64,000 nt of DNA, taken from the NCBI GenBank assembly GCA_963933835.1, contig CAWVVV010000003.1, forward strand, positions 252,271 through 316,270, read 5' to 3'. The stretch comes from an uncultured Puniceicoccaceae bacterium (GTDB lineage: Bacteria; Verrucomicrobiota; Verrucomicrobiia; Opitutales; Oceanipulchritudinaceae). Both the position numbers and the translations under genes were made by a program. The notes under the pieces are model-generated. The model was given only the letters and a program-made list of their open reading frames with translations, was not told the origin of the DNA and ran no database searches. Within the stretch, counting starts at the first letter, position 1. Every line of letters begins with the position of its first letter. Positions 10,075 through 23,454 of the stretch are shown piece after piece.

Positions 10075-10716
10075 ATGAAGTTCGTCCAACGTCCGCTTGG
10101 CGAAGCCACTGAAGTGAACAGTGGAGGCGGCATAGGTTCAAAAATTCGCGAGATTGCGACCCTCGGTGGTCTAGCACTCCTCACCCTCCTCGGTCTCTTT
10201 TTTGTCGTTAGCTGGATCACTGATGCAGTCGTTTACCGACTTTCACCGCAAAGAGAAGCCAAGCTCTTTGCCTTCTACGGCGACACCTTCACGGGGGATA
10301 TTCAGGTTCCGGAAGCACTCGAGGCAAAATGGTCAAAAGCACACGAACTCCTCGATGAACTCGTCGCCGCATCCGATCTCGGCGAGATCAATTTCAAGCT
10401 GGGATATCTCGCATCAGAGGAACCCAATGCCCTCGCTGTCCCCGGAGGCTCAATCGTTCTAACTCAAGGCCTCCTCAAGGGCGTCGAAAGTGACATTGGC
10501 CTCGCCTTCGTCCTCGAGCACTCCCGCGAGCGCGAAGCGGCAGCCGATGCCTACGCGATCGCCCTCCTTGAAAAGACTTATGAGACGACAGAAGGTGCCG
10601 GGGAACTCTTTCGGCTACTCGAAGAAACGAATGATCTACCTGGCTGGGCCTACATGTTCGCAACCCATCCCGATAACCTCGAGCGCTTGAAGAAACTCGC
10701 CAAAGATACGCAATAA
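10075..10716 (+). pseudogene. M48 metallopeptidase lacking the HExxH segment (in-frame internal deletion)
   Basis: PNALAVPGG, LAFVL, SRExExxAD and THP motifs present, but LAFVL is fused directly to EHSRERE with no HExxH. Confidence 0.75.
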
Positions 10717-10821
10717 AACGGAGACCAAACGGGGTGTTTCACCTAATTCGTGCTTGATCCTAAATGACATAAGCGCCATAAAAGGCATTTCTCTGTCTAA
10801 AATATCTGTATAGGAACTGTC

Positions 10822-11648
10822 ATGAAACACGCCCCGATTCTCTCCCTCTCTGTCTTTCTCGCCGCCTCTGCTGCAACGTCCGTTAGCGCCACCATTATGA
10901 TGACGCCGGTGCAAAACGGCACCTTCGGGAGCTCCAGTGATGGCACCTATACCGACTTTGCCTTTGGGCCTACTATTTTGGCGGGCAAGACCAAATCAGC
11001 GGCTTTAAGAAATTCGATTCATCACTAGGCACCCTCACAAGCGTCCTCCTCTCTTTCACTTACACAGCGTCAGCAGACACCTCCCTAGAAGTCTATGCGG
11101 TTGGACCGGACATCCCGTTTGGTGACGGTTTCTTTGCCTCTTATTTCTCGGATGTTCAAACCGACGTGATCTACGGCCCTTCGAATACTTCATTCGGCCA
11201 TTCAGCAGTGACGCACGGCTTTAGTCTCACCGGCGGCTACATTGATGGCGACGTTGACGATTTTGTTTTCTTCGACCCGAACGAAGGTGATGATGTTTTA
11301 GTGGCTTTCGACGGATCCCACGATGCTGCTGGACCAGACACCGCAAACGGTCAAATCGATCCTGCAGCCTCATTTTTCTTCGCGAATGATTTCGTCGGAT
11401 CACCAACCGAAGAAGTAGATACCCTTTTCGCTGGTTTCTACTTAGAGGCTATTGATGGTTTTGATGCAGACACCTCGCTCGACCCAAACACGGTCTTTGT
11501 TGACGTAGGCGTCATGATGGACGCAGGCACCGCTACACTCCAATATGTTTACGATGATGGTATTGGCGCTATCCCAGAACCTGCCACCGCCAGCGCACTC
11601 TTCGGCCTGATCGCACTGGGCGGGATGATTACGCGCCGGCGGCGCTAA
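10822..11648 (+). pseudogene. Frameshifted PEP-CTERM protein (choice-of-anchor-E-like)
   Basis: Signal peptide in the 10822 frame; second frame open from 10941 with FDSSLGTLTSV and ending IPEPATASALFGLIALGGMITRRRR. Confidence 0.8.
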
Positions 11649-11669
11649 GCTAAAGCGACCCCCTCGGCT

Positions 11670-12227
11670 TCAATGAGCCGTATCAAACTTTGAAGCGGGT
11701 AACTTGGCCCGTTTCTTGTTTTTCAGCCTCTTCGCTAGCTTCAGCCACTGTGCCTGCGACACGATGTAGCCAACGCAACTAGGCTTTCCACAGCGGCATG
11801 TATGATCGAGGAAATGCTCGATATCGTACCCGTAATCGAAGGAGATCTCTTCGCCTTTGCGAATGTCGCTCAAGGCATAGAGGTAGAGCCGACCATCTTC
11901 ATCGATCATCTCGGCATTCGGCTCACAGGTGTGGTTGATCAGTCGTGCTGGATTCCACTCCTTGTCCCCGTCGAGATCATGCGTCTCATCGAGGTCAAAA
12001 ATGTAGACGGAAGCCCCACCTGTATGTTGCGACGTTTCGAAGAGCTCATTGCCTCGGCGATTCGACTCCTCTTTGTCGATGAGTTCACCGCGGTATTCAA
12101 TGATCTTGCTCCCTAGACGAAGGTTTCGGGAGGTAAAGACGCCCCGTCCATGGATCTTGGAAAAGCGGATCTCACAAAAGGCGTTCACCGGTCGTGGTGA
12201 GGGCTGCTGAAAGTGATTCGAAAGCAT
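11670..12227 (-). CDS. SET domain protein-lysine methyltransferase
   Basis: SKIHGRGVF, RLINHTCEPN, EEISFDY, post-SET CRCGKPSC. Confidence 0.93.
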   Translation of the reverse strand: MLSNHFQQPSPRPVNAFCEIRFSKIHGRGVFTSRNLRLGSKIIEYRGELIDKEESNRRGNELFETSQHTGGASVYIFDLDETHDLDGDKEWNPARLINHTCEPNAEMIDEDGRLYLYALSDIRKGEEISFDYGYDIEHFLDHTCRCGKPSCVGYIVSQAQWLKLAKRLKNKKRAKLPASKFDTAH

Positions 12228-12327
12228 CGGACTGTTTTTCTGTGGGCTCATTCGACGGGGGCAAGTTCGGAATCAAATCATCATCGGTAAACTTGCTTTA
12301 GAAATAAAAGCCCCTAGCCTCCAGAAA

Positions 12328-12678
12328 ATGTCAGAAACGACTGCAAAAGAGATTGTCGATGAGGCCACCTTTGAGTTTACGATCGGAAATCACACCGAGG
12401 CGCTCGAACTGCTCAAACGGGCAATCAGCCTTGATAACGACTGCTTCGATGCTTGGCTCGCCAAGACCGAAGTCCACTTCGACTTGAGAGACCTAGACGA
12501 AGCGCTCAGCGCGGGTGAAACGGCGCTCAAATTGAAGCCTGAAGACGTCCATATTCAAACAAGCCTCTCTCGTATTTGGATGGAACGGGGCGACAAAGAT
12601 AAAGCAGAACACTACGGCGCACAAGCACGTCTCAAAGGCTGGAAAGTCGAACTTCAGTCAGATTCCGAAGAGTCCTAA
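12328..12678 (+). CDS. TPR repeat protein
   Basis: Helical TPR-like repeats (ALELLKRAISLD, ALKLKPED). Confidence 0.82.
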   Translation: MSETTAKEIVDEATFEFTIGNHTEALELLKRAISLDNDCFDAWLAKTEVHFDLRDLDEALSAGETALKLKPEDVHIQTSLSRIWMERGDKDKAEHYGAQARLKGWKVELQSDSEES

Positions 12679-12753
12679 GGACCGAATCCTCAGATAATTA
12701 ACCCTCGACGAAAGCAGCTTCGATCCATTCGATAATGCGCTTCCCCGTTCACT

Positions 12754-13755
12754 ATGGCCACTGAAACACCGGAATTTATTCTCGAATTTGAAAGACCCCT
12801 GCGCGACCTCCAACGCCAGCTCGATGCTTTGCGCGTAACCTCAAAGGAACACTCCTTCGACGTCTCAAAAGAGGTCGCTGCGATCGAAGAACGGATCGAG
12901 GAAACAAAGCGTAACATTTACTCGAATCTGAGCCCGTGGCACCGCGTTCAACTTTCCCGCCACCCAAAGCGCCCATTCTCCTTGGATTACATCAAACTGA
13001 TGTTTGAAGACTTCCAAGAGTTGCACGGCGATAGGGTTTTCGGCGACGACCAAGCCCTTATTGGAGGCACCGCTTCTTTCGATGGGGAACCCGTCATGAT
13101 CATCGCCCAACAAAAGGGTCGAGACGTGAAGGAAAACCTCCAGCGCAACTTCGGCATGCCCCACCCTGAGGGCTACCGCAAAGCTCTCCGCCTTTTCCAA
13201 CTCGCCGAAAAGTTTAAACTCCCGGTGATTTGCTTTATCGATACAAAAGCTGCCTACGCAGGTGTCGGTTCGGAAGAGCGCCACGTAAGCGAGGCGATCG
13301 CGCGCAATCTTCGAGAAATGTCGATGCTCGGCGTTCCAATCGTAGGAGCCATCCTCGGCGAAGGTGGCAGTGGCGGCGCACTTGGTATCGCGGTCGTCGA
13401 CCGTCTTCTCGTCCTCGAGCATGCCTACTACTCAGTCATCCCACCTGAAGGCTGTGCAGCCATTCTTTGGCGTAATCGCGCCTTCGCAGAACAAGCCGCA
13501 GACGCCCTCAAGCTGGGCGCCCGTGAGCTGATCAAACAGGGTATCGCTGACCTGGTTGTTGAAGAACCTCTCGGAGGTGCCCATCGCGATCCGGCAGCTG
13601 CTGCCAAAGAGCTTAAAAAGCAGATCACGAAGCAACTCAATGCGCTCAAGAAGCTGTCTAAAAAGAAGCTCCTCGACGAGCGGTACAATAAATACCGCCA
13701 AATGGGTAAATATACTGAGGAAACGATCCGCTCCCTCAGCGCAGCACAGTCTTAG
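12754..13755 (+). CDS. accA: Acetyl-CoA carboxylase carboxyltransferase alpha
   Basis: LEFERP, RNFGMPHPEGYRKA, GEGGSGGALG, EPLGGAHRD. Confidence 0.97.
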   Translation: MATETPEFILEFERPLRDLQRQLDALRVTSKEHSFDVSKEVAAIEERIEETKRNIYSNLSPWHRVQLSRHPKRPFSLDYIKLMFEDFQELHGDRVFGDDQALIGGTASFDGEPVMIIAQQKGRDVKENLQRNFGMPHPEGYRKALRLFQLAEKFKLPVICFIDTKAAYAGVGSEERHVSEAIARNLREMSMLGVPIVGAILGEGGSGGALGIAVVDRLLVLEHAYYSVIPPEGCAAILWRNRAFAEQAADALKLGARELIKQGIADLVVEEPLGGAHRDPAAAAKELKKQITKQLNALKKLSKKKLLDERYNKYRQMGKYTEETIRSLSAAQS

Positions 13756-13978
13756 AGGCGGGTCTTAACCTGTCTACTGAATAGGCCGTCGATCGACAGT
13801 CATTCAGCATCCTCAGATCGCATATATGAGATGCCCACTAGGGCTTTCGCTCTAAGTCTTTCTACTTAGATCACGATCGTGCATTCATTAGATGCACTTG
13901 GAATAAGCTTCAATTGTGAACAAACGAAGCCCGATGCTTATATAAAGCCCTGCGAGGACGATATATTCATCAACGGCT

Positions 13979-14434
13979 ATGCTTCTGTATTCCAACACCA
14001 AAGTCCTCATTATCGAGGACGAAGAGATGTTTCGTACCATCCTGGTTCGCTACTGCCAGATGTGGGACTACTCGGTCGTGGGATCCTGCGACAATGGGCG
14101 GGATGGTCTCATCCAAACGGTACGCCTCCAGCCGGAGCTTGTTTTGATCGATATTGATATGCCTGAATACGATGGCCTAGACGTCATCGCAGCTATCCAG
14201 CTGAAAGCACCGCCGACCAAAACGATGATCATTACGAACACCTCAAATGGCATGAATCTTCCAAAGGCGCTCAAGCTGAACGTCAGCAGCATCATCGATA
14301 AACGCACTGATTCCTTCGATAACATCGGGAAGGTGATCCCCGATGTGCTCGCTGGGAAGAAATACTTTTCGCCGACGGTCCGTGACGCCGTCCGGCGCCT
14401 CTACCCTGAGAGTGTGTCCGTCGGTACTCTATAG
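13979..14434 (+). CDS. Single-domain response regulator (NarL-like receiver, no HTH)
   Basis: LIIEDE, LIDIDMP, K after the fifth strand, GKKYFSP. Confidence 0.85.
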   Translation: MLLYSNTKVLIIEDEEMFRTILVRYCQMWDYSVVGSCDNGRDGLIQTVRLQPELVLIDIDMPEYDGLDVIAAIQLKAPPTKTMIITNTSNGMNLPKALKLNVSSIIDKRTDSFDNIGKVIPDVLAGKKYFSPTVRDAVRRLYPESVSVGTL

Positions 14435-15208
14435 CACGACGCGCAGGCCATCGTAAGCGAGTTCAACCTTTGGCGGTAGAACCGCACTAAAACGGTCGTG
14501 GTCGACCATGTAGGTCATATGGGTAAAGTAGGTTGCCTTGCCTTCGAGATCCGCCGCCGTAGCAAGCGCCTCATCGATCGTCATATGCGTCGGGTGTTCC
14601 ATCGGGCGCAATGCATCGAGCACAATCAAATCTGCCTCATGCGCAAGAGCTCTGCCCTCCTCCGGGACACGCTTGCAATCTGTGAAATAGGCCAGGCGCT
14701 TACCGGTTGCGTTCTCTTCAAAAACAAGTCCGAGCACGTCGACGTTTCCATGCGGAAGCAGACACTTTTTTACGGTCCCTCCAGGCAGCTCCAAAACTGA
14801 AGGCATTTCATGGAGCTTAAAAGCGGGGTATCCGCGTGAAGCCGGTCGATCACCGATGGCGTAGGGGAATATCGCGCGGACGCGACCAAGCCCAGCCTCT
14901 GTCGAGTAGACAGGAAGTGCGCGCCCATCGCGCAAATCGATAAACCGGCGCAGATCATCCATCCCTGCGATATGATCCGCATGCCCGTGCGTAAGAATGA
15001 ACGTATCGACTTTTTCGATACGGTTTTGAATACACTGGAGTCGGAGTTCTGGCGCGGCATCGATTTGGATGTGGTGACTACCCATAATAACGTGCGCGCT
15101 CGTACGCGTCCGCCAGTTGCGCTTATCCTCAAGGTCGAGCCCCTTTGAATCATGCGCGATCATCGGAACTCCTTGAGATGTACCAGTGCCTAAGAAAACG
15201 ATCTCCAT
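14429..15208 (-). CDS. PhnP-like metallo-beta-lactamase fold hydrolase
   Basis: FLGTGTSQGVP, THGHADHIAG, AYDG. Confidence 0.93.
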   Translation of the reverse strand: MEIVFLGTGTSQGVPMIAHDSKGLDLEDKRNWRTRTSAHVIMGSHHIQIDAAPELRLQCIQNRIEKVDTFILTHGHADHIAGMDDLRRFIDLRDGRALPVYSTEAGLGRVRAIFPYAIGDRPASRGYPAFKLHEMPSVLELPGGTVKKCLLPHGNVDVLGLVFEENATGKRLAYFTDCKRVPEEGRALAHEADLIVLDALRPMEHPTHMTIDEALATAADLEGKATYFTHMTYMVDHDRFSAVLPPKVELAYDGLRVVL

Positions 15209-15380
15209 TAACGACCTCATCGAGGCAAAGGCTCAGCCAATGAGCAAAGCCGAATTTTGATATTTTCGCCCCACCCACGCCAAAGCCAATGCAGCAATAG
15301 CTCGCGCTTGTATATTTCAGCCCGCAACGACACCATCGCTAGGCTCGCCGAGGGCGCCTGACACTTAGGCTAGATAACCT

Positions 15381-16247
15381 CTAGATCTTCGTTCCGCGCT
15401 CACGTGCGACGGTGTGGAAATCTCCAAGCAAGACCTTCGTCAGTTCGCCCACAACGCCAGACCCGAGCTTACGATCATCCATTTCGACGACTGGAATCAC
15501 CTCTGCGGCTGTCCCCGTGAGGAACATTTCGTCACAGGTCCAGAGCTCGTAACGGGTCAGATTCTTTTCAGAAATCTTCATTCCGCGCGCTTCCATCAAG
15601 TCAATCACCGCACCGCGAGTGATCCCCTTCAATGCACCGGCAAAAAACGGTGGAGTGAACCATTCATCGCCCTGGCGAATAAATAGGTTGTCGCCCGTAC
15701 ACTCGGCAACGAAACCGTCATCGTTCAACATCACGGCCTCGAGGCAGCCCGCGGAGATGGCTTCCATCTTCGCGAGGATATTATTCAGATAATTCAGGCT
15801 CTTAACCATCGGAGGGAGCGCAGCCGGATTGATCCGCCGTGTCGCCGCCGTCACGATTTTGAGGCCCTTCTCGTAGTATTCCTCTGGATACAGTGTAATC
15901 TTGTCTGCGATGATAAAGTGGGACGGCTTCTTGCAGGTAAACGGGTTGATTCCCAGATTACCGACGCCACGAGTGATAACCTGACGGATGTAGCCGTCAC
16001 GAAGCCCATTCACCCGACAAGCCTCACAGACCGCCTCCTTCAACTCTTCGCGCGACCAAGGCAGGTCTAGCCGAATCGCCTTCGCCGAAAGCTCAAGACG
16101 ATCGATATGCTCGTCCAGCATGAAGACGTTTCCGTCGTAAAGACGGATACCCTCGAAGACACCATCGCCATAGAGCAAGCCATGGTCGAAAACCGAAATT
16201 TTCGCATCCGCTTCATCCACAAATTCGCCATCTAGAAAGACCTTCAT
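15381..16247 (-). CDS. ilvE: Branched-chain amino acid aminotransferase
   Basis: DHGLLYGDGVFEG, KSLNYLNN, LKGITR, GTAAEV; start at ATG 16247. Confidence 0.96.
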   Translation of the reverse strand: MKVFLDGEFVDEADAKISVFDHGLLYGDGVFEGIRLYDGNVFMLDEHIDRLELSAKAIRLDLPWSREELKEAVCEACRVNGLRDGYIRQVITRGVGNLGINPFTCKKPSHFIIADKITLYPEEYYEKGLKIVTAATRRINPAALPPMVKSLNYLNNILAKMEAISAGCLEAVMLNDDGFVAECTGDNLFIRQGDEWFTPPFFAGALKGITRGAVIDLMEARGMKISEKNLTRYELWTCDEMFLTGTAAEVIPVVEMDDRKLGSGVVGELTKVLLGDFHTVARERGTKI

Positions 16248-16402
16248 AAGTCGCCCAAGGTGAACAGCCCTCGCCCGCATGTCTAGCCGATTGACAACAT
16301 CCTCCAGATTTGAGAGTTTAGTCGGCTTGTTCTTTGAGAAGGTCATATACCTTCATCACACAGCGTCATTCTTCCGTTACCTGCTTTTATGTCAAAAAAA
16401 AG

Positions 16403-16754
<352 letters not shown>

Positions 16755-16780
16755 TTTTAAGCGGCATACAGGGCCACTAG

Positions 16781-17683
16781 CCCTCATTCCTGCTCTTATC
16801 CAGTCAACTCATTGCTGGATTTGGAAGCGTAGATGTTCATACCATCGCTACGCCAACCCATCTATCCAACCTCGCTACAATCGGCCCCGCCGAAGACGCG
16901 CCCCTCCCAAATTCCTTTCGCGAAAGTGATCTCGAAGCCGGTTGGTATTTCGAAGAGAATTTCGGCTACTACTACGCCACCTCTGAAGTCCGTGGAGGCG
17001 CCACAACCACCGGCTGGATCTATTCTCCATGGACCGATTGGGCCTATATGCTCCCCCGAGCAGCCAATGGCAGTTTCTGGCTCTGGCACCTTGAACTGGG
17101 CTGGTGTTTCATGGGCGCCGATGTCGCCGACTACATTTGGCTCAGCTCCGCCGGTGAATGGATCTTTTTCATCAACGACGACCCGACCGCCGCCTACTAC
17201 TACAGCTTTGCCCACAATCGCTGGACCGCCTTCAGTGAGGTTCCTGCGGTCAACTTGCGAGGCTTCGATCAGTTCGTAACCGATATTTTTAATGAGGGCG
17301 TCGAAACGTATCAAATCACCCCGAATGCAGCAGGCACGGGAGGCACGTTTTCAATCAGCGGAACAGAAACATTAGGTTTAGATACCGCCAGCATCACCTT
17401 CTCGGGAACGTTCTATTTCGCCCTCCCGAGCCCGACCTCAGGCCAAGCCTCCCTCGTATTCGATATCACAAACTACGCTATAGAAGTGAGGCCCTTTAGG
17501 GGTCAGAAAATCACCTTCAATGGGACTGCCCAACAGTTCTACAACAGCTATGGGCAAACACTTCCCGACGAGCTCGAATTCAATTTGATCTTCGACCGTA
17601 AATCCAGCGGCAGCTACACCGCCGCCGCCAAATTCAATAGCACTAACCTCCTATTTGAAGACGGATCCTTCGGCCTTGAATAG
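16781..17683 (+). pseudogene. 5'-truncated secreted Trp/Tyr-rich protein
   Basis: Frame open from 16781 (after TAG 16778-16780); starts LLLSSQLIAG like a signal peptide tail; GWYF/GWIYSPW/LGW motifs lie upstream of the first ATG at 17048. Confidence 0.6.
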
Positions 17684-17779
17684 CCTTCGCCGCTTCTAGG
17701 CGAGAAGTAGCTAAATCCATCCCGAGAATTTTCCCATTCTCGATTCTTGTGCTAGCGTTCCTCTATGAAGCTCTACTAG

Positions 17780-20023
<2,244 letters not shown>

Positions 20024-20054
20024 GCGAGCAGGTTCATTCCATAGCACATTTCAC

Positions 20055-20087
20055 AGCCTGATGCTCATTTGAGCATCAGGCTTTTTT
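20055..20087 (+). terminator. Intrinsic terminator after katG
   Basis: 12-bp stem AGCCTGATGCTC / GAGCATCAGGCT, 4-nt loop, T run. Confidence 0.88.
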
Positions 20088-21506
20088 CTACTCACTAAGG
20101 TCGCGGCGCATATAGCGACCGAAGGCTTTCATCACCCAAAGATGAAGGACTGCCTGCGTGGCATTGTAGAACAGCCACGGCAGCCGCGGACGATAGCCGT
20201 GAATCGCCGTCAAGAGGACCTTCCCGCCAAGGACCTGACGGAATTCGAACCGTCCAAGTGCTTCAGCATTCGCATCCGCAAGCAGGCCTCCAACGATGTA
20301 GTAGGAATCAAGATGCTCACTGCTCAGCTCCTCACTGCGGCGTAGAGAAAACAGCGGCGCCTTTAATCCAAACAATCGAATGTCACGATCGTTTCCTGAC
20401 ATATCAACCCGAACAAGACCTTTAAAGAACCTGCCCAGCCACTCGAAATAGACCTCCGCACATTCAGCTGTACTTTGGGAGTGAGGCAGGTGAACTCGCT
20501 GGACTGATCGCACTCTCCGAGCCTCTCGAATCAGCTTATTATCCTGCTTCTGCGTCCGCTCCCTTTGGTTCGGAAGCACTTGCCCGTTGTCATCAATTGA
20601 ACGCTTAAGGGCGTCTTCAAATCCTTCTGCACTGACCGAAACCTTCTCTTGCAAAGGATTAGGACGAAGGTCGAGGTCGTGTTTCAAGCTATCAACCAAT
20701 GGCCCGGTGAGGGAGCGTGGACTTCCACTGAACAACTGAATCCAGAGCTTCGAAATCGAAGTCGAACGTATTGGGATGGGAATAAAGAAACGCCTCCGCC
20801 CCAGCACTGCGGCGCAACGCTGGATCATTTCTCCGTAGGTCAAAGGTTCCGGGTAACCAATGTCGTAGCTCCCTTGAGCAAAGCTTGAATCCTTCAGCGT
20901 AATCTCAAAAGCCCGAACCACGTCATCAATCGAAATAAAGTAAGTGCGTGAATGAAGCCAACGTGGAAGCAACATCACTGGGAGGCGTCTCACGAGGTTG
21001 ACCAGCATCCGCAAAGACGAACCTCCAGGCCCCACGATAATTCCCGCACGTAAAACCGTCACCGGGGTAGGATAACTCCGGAGCGTTTGTTCGACTTCAT
21101 CCCGACTACGGAGATGGCCTGAGCGTTCTCCACTTGCCTCAGGTTGAAGCCCTCCAAGATAGATCAACCGTTTCACCCCACTGGCTGCGGCTGCGCGGGC
21201 GAAATTGTCTGCCAGAAGCAGGTCCAAGTCCTCAAAATTGCTCTGATTCAGTCGAGAAGATGGCAGCATCGAATGGACCAGATAAATAGCATAATCGGCC
21301 CCTTTCAAAGCATCCGTCATTTCTCGCAGTGAAAAGAGATCACAACGTATCCAACGCTCTGCCTTGTCGTTGGCCGTCGTTGAAGCACGCGTCGTGGAGC
21401 GGGTCAGCGCTATCAGGTCGTAATCCGCCCGAAGGTTTTCACGGAGAGAGGACCCGACAAAGCCTGAGGCACCTGCGAGCACTACGGTTGGGCGTTTATC
21501 TATCAT
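20088..21506 (-). CDS. Atypical SDR / NAD(P)-binding oxidoreductase (YbjT-like) with an extra C-terminal domain
   Basis: LAGASGFVG, YLVHSM, IYLGG, HLRSR, LRAGIIVGPG. Confidence 0.88.
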   Translation of the reverse strand: MIDKRPTVVLAGASGFVGSSLRENLRADYDLIALTRSTTRASTTANDKAERWIRCDLFSLREMTDALKGADYAIYLVHSMLPSSRLNQSNFEDLDLLLADNFARAAAASGVKRLIYLGGLQPEASGERSGHLRSRDEVEQTLRSYPTPVTVLRAGIIVGPGGSSLRMLVNLVRRLPVMLLPRWLHSRTYFISIDDVVRAFEITLKDSSFAQGSYDIGYPEPLTYGEMIQRCAAVLGRRRFFIPIPIRSTSISKLWIQLFSGSPRSLTGPLVDSLKHDLDLRPNPLQEKVSVSAEGFEDALKRSIDDNGQVLPNQRERTQKQDNKLIREARRVRSVQRVHLPHSQSTAECAEVYFEWLGRFFKGLVRVDMSGNDRDIRLFGLKAPLFSLRRSEELSSEHLDSYYIVGGLLADANAEALGRFEFRQVLGGKVLLTAIHGYRPRLPWLFYNATQAVLHLWVMKAFGRYMRRDLSE

Positions 21507-21620
21507 AAAAATGCCCCTGAAGAGCGTCTTAACACTGCATTGATAGTGAATCCCATAAGAGTCTTTAGGCAATCGCCATCATTCGTTTGTCTATTCTACA
21601 GAATACCTTGAAGTTGAAAA

Positions 21621-21962
21621 ATGCTTCCTTTGCTCATCGGGTTCTCTGCGCTGTCATTTTTCGGTTACGGACTGGCATGCATCTGGTCTCCGCATATGCA
21701 GATCGAGTTCACCCGCTACGGCCTTGCACGCTTCCGCGTAATGGTTGGCACACTACAGGTCTTGGGCGCTATTGGCTTACTAGTAGGACACGCTTATCCC
21801 CTAGTTACTCTGCTCGCCTCTGCCGGTCTCGCGCTCCAAATGCTTCTCGGGGTCGGCGTTCGGATTAAAATCAAAGATTCGATCCTCCAGACGACACCCG
21901 CGTTCGCTTACTTTCTGCTCAATAGCTACATCGCGGTGGAGACCGTTCGGCTTAGCTTCTAA
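21621..21962 (+). CDS. DoxX-like membrane protein
   Basis: Four hydrophobic segments, EFTRYGL, VGTLQVLGAIGLL, RIKIKD. Confidence 0.82.
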   Translation: MLPLLIGFSALSFFGYGLACIWSPHMQIEFTRYGLARFRVMVGTLQVLGAIGLLVGHAYPLVTLLASAGLALQMLLGVGVRIKIKDSILQTTPAFAYFLLNSYIAVETVRLSF

Positions 21963-22321
21963 AGCACAACTAGAGCTAGAGCCATCACAAGCATCAGGGT
22001 GGCCGGAAGTGAGCGCTTGGCTGGATCTTTGATTTTCAAATGCATTCCAATCGCACCAAGCATCAAGATGACGAGCAAACCAGCTGCCGGCTGAACTACC
22101 GGTTGATACCAAATCCCTGCAATCAAAGCCAAAGCGATCGCCAACTTCAAAAAGCCAACGACCCACACCATTAAAGGCGGCAGCCCATAGGCCAAAAACT
22201 CATCCCGCATACAGGTCGAATCCCCTCCCCGATAGGCAGTCGATTTTTTGTAACGGAGCATCCAGACATTCAAGAGACCACCTGCCACGACGACTTGAAG
22301 AGCAATTTTTAAGTATTCCAT
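21959..22321 (-). CDS. DoxX-like membrane protein
   Basis: EFLAYGLP, VGFLKL, HLKIKDP..RSLPA; convergent with its paralog, stops overlapping. Confidence 0.85.
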   Translation of the reverse strand: MEYLKIALQVVVAGGLLNVWMLRYKKSTAYRGGDSTCMRDEFLAYGLPPLMVWVVGFLKLAIALALIAGIWYQPVVQPAAGLLVILMLGAIGMHLKIKDPAKRSLPATLMLVMALALVVL

Positions 22322-22486
22322 AAGCTTACTATCTCACACTATTCTAGTCACACCAACCAAAGACTGGAAATTTACCCGTCGACCGAGGCGAACAAAAGCC
22401 CCCTGCCCAGAAGGATACACTTAAGTGAGTGTCGGGCCGCTTTTGAAACAGAACTCAGGCAAATCCGGCAGCGCTCAGCGACCGAC

Positions 22487-22888
22487 CTACTTCGCTAGCT
22501 CTTCAAGAATCTCGTAGCGCTTAAGAATATCCTGCTCTGAACATTCGCAGAGATGCTCGGCCCTTTCGGGGTCTCGACGTTTGAGCATCTGGAAGCGCCC
22601 TTCGTTCGCCATAAACTCGGCGAGACTGATCTTTGGCCTCTTTGAATCCAAGCGGAGAAGCGGTTGTCCATTTTCCTTCTTACGCGGATCAAACCGGTAG
22701 AGGGGATGCACGCCCGCGTCGACGGCCGCCTTTTGGTGGAAAAGGCCATCATCCAACCCGAAACCATGCGAGACACAATGGGCATAAGCGATAATGAGCG
22801 AAGGGCCCTCATAACTGGCGGCCTCGTTAAAGGCCTGCACGGTCTGCGTATCCTTCGCGCCTAGCGCAACTTGAGCGACATAGATGTG
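22487..22888 (-). pseudogene. nifJ: C-terminal fragment of pyruvate:ferredoxin/flavodoxin oxidoreductase
   Basis: HIYVAQVALGAKDTQT..AFNEAASYEGPSLIIAYAHC..HG..YRFDP; preceded by an in-frame TAG and unrelated AT-rich DNA. Confidence 0.88.
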
Positions 22889-23213
22889 CTATTTTGCGCT
22901 TTATGACTTTTTTCCATACTGAGCCTATTTTGAATACCACTCGTTTAAACCAACTGCTTGCTACTATACATCAAACGCTATTGAAGGTATCCAAGCTGCA
23001 ACCCTTCAAGCAATTTCTAAATATTAGGAGGTTAGAGTATCAGCAGAACACAAATAGTCTGCTGTGAGCAGGCTTAAACTCGAGTAAGCTGAAGGAAATA
23101 CTATTCCTGCCGAATTCCTGTCAAAACAGGTGCATCGAAACGACTATCCCTTGCAACCCACTGCAAAGAATACCGGCATAAACACTATGCAAGCCACTAT
23201 TTATCAGGGGCCA

Positions 23214-23243
23214 ACGCGGTTTCGACTCCCGCCACCTCCACCA
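23214..23243 (+). repeat. Copy of the tmRNA 3' end (att site 2)
   Basis: ACGCGGTTTCGACTCCCGCCACCTCCACCA, 29/30 identical to 16723-16752. Confidence 0.93.
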
Positions 23244-23434
23244 CCTCAAACCATAAAATGCTGATTATTAGCATCTTATGGATCACATAGTGGCGAGTTA
23301 AAAACCCGCCACCTTTTTCTTGCAGGGGCAATTTTTCATTTTGTATTTAACTCTAAATCAAGGACTTAAAGCCTTATTTACACTTAAGGATATCTGATTC
23401 AACTCCAAGGGACTAAATCTTGGGCTTAATTATG

Positions 23435-23454
23435 GTGTCCCTATATATGTCCCA
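23435..23454 (+). repeat. Putative integrase arm-type site pair (left)
   Basis: GTGTCCCTATATATGTCCCA, 18/20 identical to 27904-27923; two TGTCCC units 12 bp apart. Confidence 0.65.

Noticed and set aside
22468..22490. GTAG-starting REP-like sequence overlapping the nifJ fragment stop
   Set aside because: The palindrome is too degenerate and there is no second copy in the window
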